DNA of 64,000 nt from Nitrososphaera sp. (GTDB lineage: Archaea > Thermoproteota > EX4484-205 > JAAOZO01). Shown piece after piece: positions 37,956 through 48,228 of this stretch (position 1 is the first letter of the stretch; every line of letters starts with the position of its first letter). The DNA lies in contig JBAMLO010000049.1 of the NCBI GenBank assembly GCA_039793485.1, forward strand, positions 4,157-68,156. The letters are read 5' to 3'. The notes under the pieces were generated by a model that saw nothing but the letters and a program-made list of their open reading frames with translations, searched no databases and was not told where the DNA came from. The position numbers and the translations under genes are program-made.

Positions 37956-39990
37956 AACTGAATCTATAACTGTTCTTTTCTCAAACTTCATTAGAAGCTT
38001 TTCTGACAACGAGGGTAAGTTTAAGTACTTGGATGCAATAATAAGTATGCCAATAAACTTAGAAAAATCTATAGTAGTAAGCTTTGAAGACATGCTCATT
38101 TTTGATAGTAAACTTTGTGAATTTTTAGAAAAGAATCCAAGTGAAGCAATAAAGCAGTTTGAAGAAGCTGCTTTAATGATTTTAGCTGAGCATGATGCTG
38201 AGTATGCAAAGAAGATAAGAAAAGTCAGAGTTAGAATAAGCGGCTACCCACAATCCGTAACAATAAGAGACCTTAATTCTTCTTTCATAGGAAAAATTGT
38301 TAAAATAGAAGGCGTCGTTGTTAGACAGTCCCAAGTAAAAACACAACTTGTTGAAGGAACTTTCAGGTGTTTGAATTGTGGAACTCTCATTTCGGTCGAG
38401 CAAAATTCTCAAAGTTTAACTCTTCCAAAGGCTTGTCCTGCCTGCAACGCTAACAACCCAAGTAATTTTGAGCTTGATCCCTCTAAGTCCGTGTTTGACG
38501 ACTTTCAAATGATTTCTATTCAAGAAAAACCAGAGTCTTTGCCAGCAGGACAAATTCCTCAAACTATTGACCTTAACTTAACTGGAGACCTAACAAATAA
38601 GGTCAGACCTGGCGATAGAGTTAAGTTAACTGGGATAGTTGGGATTCGTTACGCTAAGTCTGCGTTTGGTAAACCTAAGTCAAAGATATTTGAACTCTCA
38701 CTAGAAGTTAACAATGTTGAAATTGAAACAGAGGAAAGTTCAGACTTAGTATTAAGCGAAGAGTTAATTGAAAAATTCAAGAAAGATGTCAAGGATCCTC
38801 TTTTCTATAGAAAGCTGGTTTCTTCCATTGCTCCCTCAATACATGGTCTTGCTCACATTAAGGAGGCTATACTCCTGCAACTAGTAGGCGGAGTACCTAA
38901 GCAATTTAAAGATGGAATTAGAGTTCGTGGAGACATAAACATTTTACTTGTTGGAGACCCTGGAACTGGAAAGTCGCAACTCTTGAAGTACGCTCAAAGA
39001 ATTGCACCACGTGGTTTGTATACTTCTGGCAGAGGTGCCACAGCAGCTGGACTGACGGCAGCAGCGGTAAGAGATGAAAGTGGCACGTTCATGCTAGAAG
39101 CGGGTGCCTTAGTGCTCGCCGATAAGGGTTTAGCAGCTATCGATGAGTTTGAGAAAATGAGAGAGGAAGATCGAGTAGCAATTCATGAAGCTTTAGAACA
39201 ACAAACATGTAGTATTGCGAAAGGAGGAATAGTGGCTACTCTAAACGCTAGAACTGCAGTTCTAGCTGCAGCCAATCCTCAACTAGGGCGTTATGATCCC
39301 AATAGAAGCTTTTACGACAACATAAGCTTGTCAAGCACGATACTTTCAAGATTCGACCTTTATTTCATATTGAGAGATGTTCCAAATCCATCGGCTGATG
39401 AAGAGCTTGTCACTCATATTTTAGCGCAGCATCGTTACGAAGAAGCTGTAGAAGAGGAAATCTTTGATATCAACTACTTAAGGAAGTTCATCGCTTATGC
39501 AAAAACAATTGAACCAAAGCTTAGCAAAGAAGCAGAGGCAACTATTAAGGCATACTTCCTCTCCTTGAGAAGTGCAAGCACAAGCGCTTCACTTCAAATA
39601 ACCCCAAGGCAACTAGAATCTCTTATAAGGCTGAGTGAGGCTAGAGCTAAGCTGATGCTTAGGAACGAAGTTCTAAAAGAAGATGCTGAAGTAGCAATAA
39701 GGTTGTACAGAATTTCGATGGAGCAAGTTGGAATTGACATGGAAACAGGACAAATAGACGTGGATGCCATAACTGGTAAGCCTCGTTCAACAAGAGAAAA
39801 AATGTCTACAATAATGTCAATCTGCGACCAACTTGAAAGCGAGTTTGGTTCTGCCTCGATAGAAGAAGTTCTAAAGAGGTGTGAAGAAAAAGGAATAGAC
39901 AAAAATGATGCGAGACGTTTAATAAACCAGCTTTTGAGAGATGGCGTGTTTTACTCTCCTGACGACAAATCGCTGAAAAGAGTTAGGTGA
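37936..39990 (+). CDS. mcm: MCM replicative helicase
   Basis: Zn-finger CxxC...CxxC, Walker A GDPGTGKSQ, Walker B DEFEKM and arginine finger SRFDL. The start is TTG at 37936 or a downstream ATG. Confidence 0.9.
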   Translation: MELEQDKTESITVLFSNFIRSFSDNEGKFKYLDAIISMPINLEKSIVVSFEDMLIFDSKLCEFLEKNPSEAIKQFEEAALMILAEHDAEYAKKIRKVRVRISGYPQSVTIRDLNSSFIGKIVKIEGVVVRQSQVKTQLVEGTFRCLNCGTLISVEQNSQSLTLPKACPACNANNPSNFELDPSKSVFDDFQMISIQEKPESLPAGQIPQTIDLNLTGDLTNKVRPGDRVKLTGIVGIRYAKSAFGKPKSKIFELSLEVNNVEIETEESSDLVLSEELIEKFKKDVKDPLFYRKLVSSIAPSIHGLAHIKEAILLQLVGGVPKQFKDGIRVRGDINILLVGDPGTGKSQLLKYAQRIAPRGLYTSGRGATAAGLTAAAVRDESGTFMLEAGALVLADKGLAAIDEFEKMREEDRVAIHEALEQQTCSIAKGGIVATLNARTAVLAAANPQLGRYDPNRSFYDNISLSSTILSRFDLYFILRDVPNPSADEELVTHILAQHRYEEAVEEEIFDINYLRKFIAYAKTIEPKLSKEAEATIKAYFLSLRSASTSASLQITPRQLESLIRLSEARAKLMLRNEVLKEDAEVAIRLYRISMEQVGIDMETGQIDVDAITGKPRSTREKMSTIMSICDQLESEFGSASIEEVLKRCEEKGIDKNDARRLINQLLRDGVFYSPDDKSLKRVR

Positions 39991-42194
39991 AATTTTTGAG
40001 AGTAGAAGACCTTGAAATACCAGAAGAGGTAAAAGCTTCGCTAAGAGAGCTTGGCTTTAGTACGCTTTATCCTGTTCAGGAGCAGTCAATTAAAGGTGGC
40101 CTGTTGGAAGGGCGAAATCTTTTAATTTCTGCACCCACTGCATCAGGAAAAACTTTAGTTCCGATTATCGCAGCCGCTAATAAAGTTTACAACAATGAAG
40201 GAAAAGTTGTTTACTTAGTGCCATTGAAGGCACTCGCAAACGAAAAGTTCGAAGAATTTAATTCTGCGCTAAAAATAAAAAAGAAGGATGGTTCAAAGAT
40301 TAAGGTTGGAATAAGTACTAGTGATTTTTATTCAACTGGAGAAGAACTTAGAAAGTTCGACGTAATCATTGCAACTTATGAAAAAATGGATTCTTTGATT
40401 AGACATAAGCCATCTTGGTTAAGGAACATATCCTTACTAACGTTCGATGAGATTCACTTAATAGGTTCTGCAGATCGAGGTCCCGTTGTTGAAATGATCT
40501 TAACTTGGCTAAAAGAAATTTCTCCCAATTCTCAGAACATTGCTTTAAGCGCAACAGTAACAAATGCCAAAAAAATTGCTGAGTGGCTTAACGCAAAACT
40601 AGTTCAAAGCGACTGGAGACCAGTTCCGCTTAAGGAAGGAGTATTCTTCTCCAACAGTATTGTTCTTGAGGATGAAACCATTCAAGTGAACAACGTCTTT
40701 GGAGATGAACTCCAAGATTTAGCAAATCATGCAATAAAAGACAGCAGAGGCCAAATTCTCTTTTTTGTTCCAACGCGAAAAAGAGCAGTAGCCCTAGCTA
40801 GGAAGCTTTCTCCAGTATCGTCGCTAGCCTTAAGCAAAAATGAAAAGGCAATTCTCGAAAAAATTTCTTCTGAACTTCTTTCGATTGAAGATTTAACTCC
40901 AGTAGGTTCTGAGCTTGCCAACTTGGTGAAGAAAGGCGCCGCATTTCATCATGCTGGGCTTACTTCATTTCAGAGGAGAAAAATTGAAGAAGCTTTTAAG
41001 AAGCACTACATCAAGATTTTAGTTGCAACCCCAACTCTAGCTGCTGGAGTTAACTTGCCTGCTAGGTATGTTTGTATAACTTCTTTAGAAAGGTACTCTC
41101 AAGAAGTTGGGTACCAGCAAATACCTATTTTAGAGTACAAGCAAATGGCAGGTAGAGCTGGAAGGCCTCAGTTTGACGATGTTGGTTATTCTTTGATATA
41201 TGCTAGAAAGCAAGAAGATATCGACTATTTTGTAGACAACTACATCAAGGCAAAGCCTGAGCCAATAAGGTCAAACCTCACATTGTCTAGCTATCTTTCT
41301 TCTGCCGTTCTCTCAACTATAGTTGTTGGACTAGCTTCAGATGAAGTTGAACTTGAAGAGGTATTTGAGAAAACTTTTCTAGCAAAACAAACAACTCCGC
41401 AATTAATTAAATACAAAGTAATGCAATCCTTAGACTACTTGATGAAAAATGGCGCAGTTGTTCTTTCAAATGGGATAAAGGCAACTCCCCTAGGAAGAAG
41501 AATTGCTGAACTTTACGTGCTCCCAGAAACTGCCTTTTCTATATTGAATAAGCTTTCTTCTCTTCCACGAAAAGTTTCAGAGATTACACTCTTGCAAATT
41601 GTAGTTTCTACTCCTGATATGCATCCCCTTCTCTCGTCTACTAGAAAGGATTTGCTGTGGATTGATAGTTTTATAAGCGAACATTACGATGAACTTTACT
41701 TCTTAGAAACGGAATCTGCAATTCAAGACCAACTGAAAACAATTAGGGCGATTGAGATGTGGATAAACGAGTACTCTTTAGACAAAATTTATGAAGAATT
41801 AGACCTTGAGCCTGGCGACTTGTATGCTTTAAACGAAAAAGCCACATGGCTTCTCTTTGCAGCTTCTGAGATTGCAAAGTGGTCGAAGTATCCGGAGCTC
41901 GTCAAGAACTTTGAGACACTGAGTATGAGAGTAAAGTATGGAGTGAAGAGCGAGCTATTAGACCTAGTAAGCCTAGAGGGCATCGGGCGGGTGAGGGCCA
42001 GAAATCTGTATAAACTTGGCATAAGGAGTAGGGAGGATATCGCTAAAACTCCATTTGATGAGCTTGTTAAAGTTCCTGGAATAGGTGCAAAATTAGCGTA
42101 TAAGATAAAGTCCCAAGTTGGAGGGCAAGTAAAAGAAGTGGGAACAAAAGAAGTTACACAAAAAAGTTTATTTGGCAACGAGAAAAATTATTAA
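39987..42194 (+). CDS. hel308: Hel308/Hjm Ski2-like DNA helicase
   Basis: Motif I APTASGKT, motif II DEIH and motif VI QMAGRAGR. The C-terminal HhH domain is followed by a basic tail. GTG start overlapping the mcm stop. Confidence 0.85.
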   Translation: MKFLRVEDLEIPEEVKASLRELGFSTLYPVQEQSIKGGLLEGRNLLISAPTASGKTLVPIIAAANKVYNNEGKVVYLVPLKALANEKFEEFNSALKIKKKDGSKIKVGISTSDFYSTGEELRKFDVIIATYEKMDSLIRHKPSWLRNISLLTFDEIHLIGSADRGPVVEMILTWLKEISPNSQNIALSATVTNAKKIAEWLNAKLVQSDWRPVPLKEGVFFSNSIVLEDETIQVNNVFGDELQDLANHAIKDSRGQILFFVPTRKRAVALARKLSPVSSLALSKNEKAILEKISSELLSIEDLTPVGSELANLVKKGAAFHHAGLTSFQRRKIEEAFKKHYIKILVATPTLAAGVNLPARYVCITSLERYSQEVGYQQIPILEYKQMAGRAGRPQFDDVGYSLIYARKQEDIDYFVDNYIKAKPEPIRSNLTLSSYLSSAVLSTIVVGLASDEVELEEVFEKTFLAKQTTPQLIKYKVMQSLDYLMKNGAVVLSNGIKATPLGRRIAELYVLPETAFSILNKLSSLPRKVSEITLLQIVVSTPDMHPLLSSTRKDLLWIDSFISEHYDELYFLETESAIQDQLKTIRAIEMWINEYSLDKIYEELDLEPGDLYALNEKATWLLFAASEIAKWSKYPELVKNFETLSMRVKYGVKSELLDLVSLEGIGRVRARNLYKLGIRSREDIAKTPFDELVKVPGIGAKLAYKIKSQVGGQVKEVGTKEVTQKSLFGNEKNY

Positions 42195-42220
42195 AGCACC
42201 TTTATCAGTGAACAAGAAGC

Positions 42221-42883
42221 ATGTCTAAGATAAAGTTAGTTGCTTTTGATTTGGATGGCACTTTAGTAGAAGAAAAAAGTAGCTGGAGAAAGGTTCATGA
42301 ATTTTTTGGGACTGAAGAGAAGAGCGACGAAGGCCTAAAACTTTATGTGGATGGAAAAATAAACTATGAACAATTTGTTGCTCATGACCTTAGTTTGTGG
42401 CCCAAGGGCATCTCCAAAAACGTCTTCAACTATGTGTTTAGTAAGATTCCTCTAAGTGAGGGAGCAAAAGAAGTTGTAACCGAAATTAAAAAGAGAGGTA
42501 AGTTAGTGGCAATCGTTAGCAGTGGCATAAGCTTGTTGGCTGAAAAAGTTTCAAAGGAACTTGGCGTTGACTTCTTTATTGCTAATGAAATTGTGTTCGA
42601 TGAAAAAGGTCGAAGTACTGGGTCTGGCATTGCCACTGTTGACCTAAATAAAAAGGATGAAGCCCTACTAAAAATACTTGAAAAAGTCAATATAAAACCA
42701 CAGGAAGTTCTTGGAGTTGGAGACTCTGAGTTTGACCTAAGCTTCTTAAAAGTTTGTGGATACTCAGTTTTGCTAAGAAAAAAAGACAGCCAAATGGGAA
42801 ACGAGAAGTATGGAGTAAACTTTGTCATAGATAGTTTGCACGAGCTAATAAAAGTTATAGACATCATAGAGAAAGATGAATAG
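42221..42883 (+). CDS. HAD-superfamily phosphatase (phosphoserine phosphatase SerB-like)
   Basis: Motif I FDLDGTL and the C-terminal GDSEFD motif. Confidence 0.65.
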   Translation: MSKIKLVAFDLDGTLVEEKSSWRKVHEFFGTEEKSDEGLKLYVDGKINYEQFVAHDLSLWPKGISKNVFNYVFSKIPLSEGAKEVVTEIKKRGKLVAIVSSGISLLAEKVSKELGVDFFIANEIVFDEKGRSTGSGIATVDLNKKDEALLKILEKVNIKPQEVLGVGDSEFDLSFLKVCGYSVLLRKKDSQMGNEKYGVNFVIDSLHELIKVIDIIEKDE

Positions 42884-42963
42884 TTGAAAAACTAACTCTT
42901 ATTTTTTGTTTTACTAAGTAACAATACTTTTATAATGTTTTTGCTAGCTATGTGTAGAAACAA

Positions 42964-43689
42964 ATGAACGAAATAGTAAATAAGATGTTGTATAGATCAA
43001 AAGAAACTTCTTCAAGAATAATCTTGGCCTTCGACCTAGATAGCGTAGAAGATTACGAAAGAGGGAAGAACCTCTTAAATCTGGTTGAGCCTTACTTAGT
43101 AGGCGTAAAATTTGGTTATCCTACGATATTGTCTTTTGGATTAGAAAGAATAAAAGAAGTAATTCTCTTGTTAAGAGAAAGAGGTCTCGTTTCAATAGCT
43201 GATGCTAAAATTGCAGACGTAAGTCATACCAACTCAAAAATTGCAAGAATACTGTTTAGGAATGGATTTGACGCTGTAATTGCTCATGGCTTTATGGGAT
43301 TCAAAGGGTCTTTAGATGGGCTGTCAAGAACTGTTAAAGAAGAAAACAAAGCCCTCTTCGTTTTAGCTACGATGTCTAATGAAGGAGCTTCAGTAATAAT
43401 GGACAAAGTTGTTGAGCAAATAATTAGTGAGTCTTTGTTAGCTGAACCCTCTGGTTTTGTAGTTCCTGCAACTAGGCCTGCTATGATCAAGAAGGTGAAA
43501 GAACTTTTGCCAATGAGCAACGAGCTTGTTCTCTTAAGCCCTGGAGTTGGTGCACAAGGAGCGCCATACGGTTCTGCAATAGCTAATGGTGCACACTTTG
43601 AAATAATTGGACGTTCTATCTATGAGTCTGCTAAGCCTCTTGAAGAAGTTAAGAAGATTATATTAGAACAAAAGAAGTTTTATTCCTAA
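42964..43689 (+). CDS. pyrF: Orotidine 5'-phosphate decarboxylase
   Basis: LAFDLD and the catalytic-lysine region DAKIADVSHT. It lies adjacent to pyrE. Confidence 0.75.
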   Translation: MNEIVNKMLYRSKETSSRIILAFDLDSVEDYERGKNLLNLVEPYLVGVKFGYPTILSFGLERIKEVILLLRERGLVSIADAKIADVSHTNSKIARILFRNGFDAVIAHGFMGFKGSLDGLSRTVKEENKALFVLATMSNEGASVIMDKVVEQIISESLLAEPSGFVVPATRPAMIKKVKELLPMSNELVLLSPGVGAQGAPYGSAIANGAHFEIIGRSIYESAKPLEEVKKIILEQKKFYS

Positions 43690-43724
43690 GTTAGCAAGAA
43701 GACCCCCATGCGTAAGCATGAAAT

Positions 43725-43921
43725 AAGTTGCGAAAGCCCAAACAAACGTTGAGATACTAAAACGTAAGCATAGATAAACATTAGCGCAATAGAGTAACGA
43801 GCTCTATGAAGTGGCGGAGCTGTGAATCCCACAAATCAACAGGTGAAAGAAAGCGTAAAGCTTACCATAAACGCCGGAAGCCTTCTGAAATGAAGAAAAA
43901 GCAGTTCACAAAAAGTAACTT
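43725..43921. ncRNA. Candidate structured ncRNA / repeat element, copy B
   Basis: Shares the exact 19-mer, the ggcRgagctgtgaa block, the ccggaagccttctga block and the gttgaaRgaaaggtttt block with copy A. It has an analogous closing helix aagttgc / gtaactt immediately 5' of the conserved gaaagc. Confidence 0.35.
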
Positions 43922-43961
43922 CCAAGTTGAAAGAAAGGTTTTAAAGTAAAGAATCAAAGCT

Positions 43962-44558
43962 ATGCTCATGAATTTTAAAGAAGAGTTACTTCTAGGAATA
44001 TGGGAAAAGAAACTAATAAAGTTTGGCGACTTCAAGTTAAGTTCTGGGCTTTCAAGCAACTACTACATTGACTTAAGACCTTTACCTTCTTATCCACGCT
44101 TGTTGAAACTTGCAGTACTTGGACTTAAAGAAGCACTAAGAGAAGAGCTATCTCAAGACGTTGGCATCGCAACTATTGAACTTTCAGGCATTCCTTTAGC
44201 TACCGCACTTGCTTATGCCGTTGAAAAGCCGCTAATTTATGTTAGAAAGAAACAAAAAGACCATGGCACAAAAAGTCTAGTAGAGGGCGACTTAAGCTCA
44301 GCAAGAGAGTTTGTAGTTGTTGACGATGTGCTGACTACAGGCTCAAGCGTACTACAGGTTGTAAGTGAGCTAAGGAGCAATGGCGCTTCTGTTAAAACAG
44401 CTGCTGTTGTATTCGATAGACTTCAGGGAGGAGAAGAAAACCTGCTTAAAAACAATGTAAGATTAAGGAAGGTCTTTGACATAGGAGAAGCAGCAGTAAT
44501 GCTAAAGCAAAAAGGACTTATATCTCAAGATGAACTCAACAAAATCCTAAAAGTCTAA
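43962..44558 (+). CDS. pyrE: Orotate phosphoribosyltransferase
   Basis: PRTase motif VVVDDVLTTGSS and the N-terminal FGDFKLSSG motif. Confidence 0.8.
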   Translation: MLMNFKEELLLGIWEKKLIKFGDFKLSSGLSSNYYIDLRPLPSYPRLLKLAVLGLKEALREELSQDVGIATIELSGIPLATALAYAVEKPLIYVRKKQKDHGTKSLVEGDLSSAREFVVVDDVLTTGSSVLQVVSELRSNGASVKTAAVVFDRLQGGEENLLKNNVRLRKVFDIGEAAVMLKQKGLISQDELNKILKV

Positions 44559-44559
44559 C

Positions 44560-45219
44560 TTATATTTTAAGAAGCTTAAGTTGTCTTAAGCTAAGTTTGT
44601 CTATTGTTTTCCAACTCCACCTAACAAAGTCATACTTTCTCCCATCTTTTGATATAATCTCCTTCAAAAACTCTCTAGTTCTTCTGTCTGAAGGATATCC
44701 ACTTCCAAAGAAGCCATACTTCTTTGCTATTTTTCTCACTGCTTTATCTCTTTCAACTTTTGCAACGATTGAAGCACAAGCAACCTCTACCCATTTGTCC
44801 TCAGCTTTGTTGGCAGAAATTACTTTTATGTTATTGTTTCTTAGGATCTTTTCTATCATGAGCTTAAAAGTCTCAGGCTTTGAGTACGGCGAATCAACGT
44901 AGGCTATGTCTGGAGCTAGTTGCATTATGTGCTTAGAAATTATCTTAGCCTCTAGGTAGTTTAGCGTTTTCATTTTTATCCTTTTCCATACGTAAGAATC
45001 TATAACTTTTGGCTTTAGGTAAGAGACTTTGTAGCTAACGCAGTTCTTTTTTATTATCTTGCTAAGGACCTCTCTCCTCTTCGGAGATAGCTTCTTAGAG
45101 TCTTTTACTCCAATTTCTTTAAATTTTTCTTCGTCTTCTTGATCCAGCACTACTGTGGCTACGACGAGTGGTCCTATTACACTTCCCCTTCCAGCTTCAT
45201 CACTCCCCGAAGCTATCAA
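44560..45219 (-). CDS. rnhB: Ribonuclease HII
   Basis: N-terminal GSDEAGRGSVIGPLVV with catalytic DEAGRG. Confidence 0.85.
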   Translation of the reverse strand: MIASGSDEAGRGSVIGPLVVATVVLDQEDEEKFKEIGVKDSKKLSPKRREVLSKIIKKNCVSYKVSYLKPKVIDSYVWKRIKMKTLNYLEAKIISKHIMQLAPDIAYVDSPYSKPETFKLMIEKILRNNNIKVISANKAEDKWVEVACASIVAKVERDKAVRKIAKKYGFFGSGYPSDRRTREFLKEIISKDGRKYDFVRWSWKTIDKLSLRQLKLLKI

Positions 45220-45879
45220 CTACTTCCACCTACATACTACCATCTCGTGAGCCCTGTCAAACGGTTCTAGGTCTACTCTTTCTATTAGTTTAAAGCCAAG
45301 TTTTTCCATCTTTTTTATTTCTTCGTCTACTACTACATGAGGATCTTTTGTTGAGTCTATGCTGCTTGCCTTTATTGCTACGCATGCTATTCCTCTAGGC
45401 TTTAAATAGGCAAGAGCATTACTGTAAACTATGTCCGTTTGGTCTGGTTGCGCAACATCAGCGTAAATTAAGTCAACGTTCTCCACTAGGTAGCAATAGC
45501 TAAATGGCTTTCTTGCATCTGCAAGTATTGGGACTACGTTTGTTCTTCTTTTTGCAACTTTCTCAACTAAGTCTCTCATTGGTCTGAAAGCAACCTCAAC
45601 AGCATATATAGCACCATTTTTGGCTACATCGGAGACATGACTAACTGTTGTTCCGTTTGCTGCTCCCAAGTAAAGTATCTTAGAATCCTCTTTTATTGGA
45701 AAGTTTTTCAAGCCTTTCTTTATGGCGGCTGAGATCTTACTTCTGTAGGGATCCCAAACTCTGTACTCTTTTGACTCTACTTTAATCAGCTCTTCACCAT
45801 AAACAGAAAATCCTGGAACTAAGTTAAGGGTAAGAATTTTTTCATTTTCCTCAAAAACATTCTTGAAAATTTCTCTCAT
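45220..45879 (-). CDS. flpA: Fibrillarin-like rRNA/tRNA 2'-O-methyltransferase
   Basis: Fibrillarin family with SAM motif LYLGAANGTTVSH. Adjacent to nop5. Confidence 0.9.
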   Translation of the reverse strand: MREIFKNVFEENEKILTLNLVPGFSVYGEELIKVESKEYRVWDPYRSKISAAIKKGLKNFPIKEDSKILYLGAANGTTVSHVSDVAKNGAIYAVEVAFRPMRDLVEKVAKRRTNVVPILADARKPFSYCYLVENVDLIYADVAQPDQTDIVYSNALAYLKPRGIACVAIKASSIDSTKDPHVVVDEEIKKMEKLGFKLIERVDLEPFDRAHEMVVCRWK

Positions 45880-45883
45880 TATG

Positions 45884-46975
45884 CTACGCCTCCATCTTCA
45901 CTCCAATTTTTTTCAGTTTTTCTTTTAGTTCGGATTTTAATTTTTGACTAGAATCAACTCCAGAGAATGCATCAAACCTTGCAGCCATTACAATCTTGCT
46001 GGCTAGTGTTCTTGCTACCTTACCTCTTAGCTTCCTTGGAGCATTGTGAACTAGTGGATGCTGAAATATCATTCCATGCTTTGGAGGTTTGCTTCCTTCT
46101 TTTATTGCTCTAAATAAAGCCTTCTCTGCTCCTATAACTTGCACTGTAGAGGAAGGCATCTTAGCCAGTTCAACTAGTCCTCCTGCCTTTGTAATCAGCT
46201 TTGCAGCTAGCACTGGACCTGCAACTTCTGATAAGTTGGGTGCTATTTCTTTAGCTATTTCTGTAATTCTTTCGGTTAACTTATCTTTAAGCTTGTAAAG
46301 TGCTCTTACACCTTTTGCGTACTCGTAAATCGTTTCTTCGCTTTCTTTTCTCATAGGAGCCCCTATTGACTTTTCTGCTGCTCTCACAACTTCTTTCCCA
46401 ACTTCCAAGCGTTTACTATCTTTTTTTGTACTTAAAAGCAACTCTCTTGAAGGATACTCTGTAAGAAAACTTACATACTTTTCAGGGTTCCTTAAAACTC
46501 TCCTAAGTTCCGGAAAGAAGAGGTCGTTTAAATCCTGAAGTTTTTCTGTAAGTTCATTGATTGCTCCATTTATGCTTTCATAGGCGTTTACTAGAGCTAT
46601 TAGCTCCTTATCAAGCCTGGCAGAGTCTTCAGAGATTCTTTTACTTGTTATCTCCAGGGCAATTTCCCTATACTTGCTCAGGTAGTCTTTTACTCCAAAA
46701 AGTTCAGAAATTTTTTGCATGTTTTCTCTTACCCACCTACCCCCCCTAGAGGGTTGCTCGAGAATTGCCTTACCGTTTGCTTGCTCGATAACTTTCTTTA
46801 AGTTCTCGTCTTCAACAACGAACGTTGTGTCTGGGTGCTTTCTTACAAGATCTTCAAAGAGGCTTTGTTTTTGAAAATCTTTCTCGCTTTCTAAGGGAAA
46901 GACGTCCTCGACTTCTAAATTGCTGTTTAAGGTTATTATTCCAAGAGCTGTAGTTACTACGAAGACATTTTCCAT
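45884..46975 (-). CDS. nop5: Nop5 (Nop56/58) C/D-box sRNP core protein
   Basis: NOP domain with coiled-coil. Immediately upstream of flpA. Confidence 0.85.
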   Translation of the reverse strand: MENVFVVTTALGIITLNSNLEVEDVFPLESEKDFQKQSLFEDLVRKHPDTTFVVEDENLKKVIEQANGKAILEQPSRGGRWVRENMQKISELFGVKDYLSKYREIALEITSKRISEDSARLDKELIALVNAYESINGAINELTEKLQDLNDLFFPELRRVLRNPEKYVSFLTEYPSRELLLSTKKDSKRLEVGKEVVRAAEKSIGAPMRKESEETIYEYAKGVRALYKLKDKLTERITEIAKEIAPNLSEVAGPVLAAKLITKAGGLVELAKMPSSTVQVIGAEKALFRAIKEGSKPPKHGMIFQHPLVHNAPRKLRGKVARTLASKIVMAARFDAFSGVDSSQKLKSELKEKLKKIGVKMEA

Positions 46976-47074
46976 CTCTCGGTCATTTCTTAATATTTTA
47001 CGGTGGGTATTTAAAGCATTAGAACGTTCGATAACTATTTATGGCGCCTAGCAAATAAAAACGAGCGAAGTTAA

Positions 47075-47464
47075 ATGGTTAAGGTTCTACTCGACTCAAG
47101 TGCGTTGATTTATTGCATTTCGGGCAAGACAAACTTTATTGTTGAGCTAGAAAACCTCCTAGATAAGGTTGATTTTTGTGTTACAGAAAGTACTGTTAAG
47201 GAACTTATCTTACTTTCAAAAATAAGAAGGGGTTCGCTAGCTTCTAGTGCAAAAAAAGCCCTAGAAATTGCAAAAAAAGCCAAAATTTTAAAGTCTGCAA
47301 GCGAAAACGTTGACGAAGACCTTCTAATAGTCGCGAAGAAAAGTAAAGCAATTGTTGCTACTTCGGACAAAAGTCTAAGGGAAAAACTAATAAAAAGTGG
47401 AGTAGCGGTCGCCTTCCCTACCAAAGGGAAAAGAATAAGAATAGATGGTTTTGTAGAGTTGTAG
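47075..47464 (+). CDS. PIN-domain protein, Fcf1/Utp24-like
   Basis: PIN motifs VLLDSSALI, TESTVKEL and IVATSDKSLREKL. Located beside the C/D-box RNP genes. Confidence 0.45.
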   Translation: MVKVLLDSSALIYCISGKTNFIVELENLLDKVDFCVTESTVKELILLSKIRRGSLASSAKKALEIAKKAKILKSASENVDEDLLIVAKKSKAIVATSDKSLREKLIKSGVAVAFPTKGKRIRIDGFVEL

Positions 47465-47470
47465 GGGAAG

Positions 47471-48046
47471 TTGTTTAAGATAATAAAACTAGAAGATACG
47501 TTGAGAGTTCCTCCAGAACTTTATGGTAGGTCTGTTAAAGATGCCATAAGGAGCTTACTCGAGGAAAAGTACGAGGGAATGGTCTTTGAAGACCTTGGCT
47601 TCGTTCTCTCTGTTCTAGACTTTTCATTCAACCCAAAAGGCAAAGTAATGCCCGGCGACGGCGGTTCTTACCATAAGGTTACATTTACCGTTCTATCTTT
47701 TATGCCAGAAGTTCAAGAGGTTACCTTAGGAAAAGTAACAGAAGTTGAAGAGTACGGTGCTTTCGTAAGAATTGGCCCATTTGAAGCTCTCCTGCACGTT
47801 AGTTCTATAGTCGACGACTTCGTTGATTTTAACAAGTCTCAGGGTATCTTAGTTGGCAGAAAGACAAGGCGAGTTCTTTCGAGTGGAGATTGGGTTAGAG
47901 TTAGGATAACCGCAGTAAGTATTGGAGGTGCTGGCGGCGATAAAATTGGAGTGATGAGCAGGCAGCCCTTCTTAGGAAAAGAAGAATGGATACAAGAAGA
48001 CATAAAGAAGCTGGCAGCAGAAGCTAAAGCAAGTGAGCAAAAATGA
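47471..48046 (+). CDS. rpo7: DNA-directed RNA polymerase subunit Rpo7 (E')
   Basis: N-terminal RNAP Rpb7-like domain plus an S1 domain. Followed by spt4. Confidence 0.85.
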   Translation: MFKIIKLEDTLRVPPELYGRSVKDAIRSLLEEKYEGMVFEDLGFVLSVLDFSFNPKGKVMPGDGGSYHKVTFTVLSFMPEVQEVTLGKVTEVEEYGAFVRIGPFEALLHVSSIVDDFVDFNKSQGILVGRKTRRVLSSGDWVRVRITAVSIGGAGGDKIGVMSRQPFLGKEEWIQEDIKKLAAEAKASEQK

Positions 48047-48228
48047 AGGAACATGCATGCATTAAGTGCAAGTTCATAACAACGGAAAGCGTTTGCCCAA
48101 ACTGTGGGTCAACAGAATTTTCAGAAAATTGGTCTGGGGTTGTCTACATAATAAAGCCAGAAGACTCTTACGTTGCAAAGCTCATAAACGCAAAAAAACC
48201 AGGCATGTATGCTATTAAAATAAGATGA
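48043..48228 (+). CDS. spt4: Transcription elongation factor Spt4 (RpoE'')
   Basis: 61 aa with a four-cysteine Zn ribbon (CIKC...CPNC). Conserved position after rpo7. Confidence 0.7.
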   Translation: MKEHACIKCKFITTESVCPNCGSTEFSENWSGVVYIIKPEDSYVAKLINAKKPGMYAIKIR

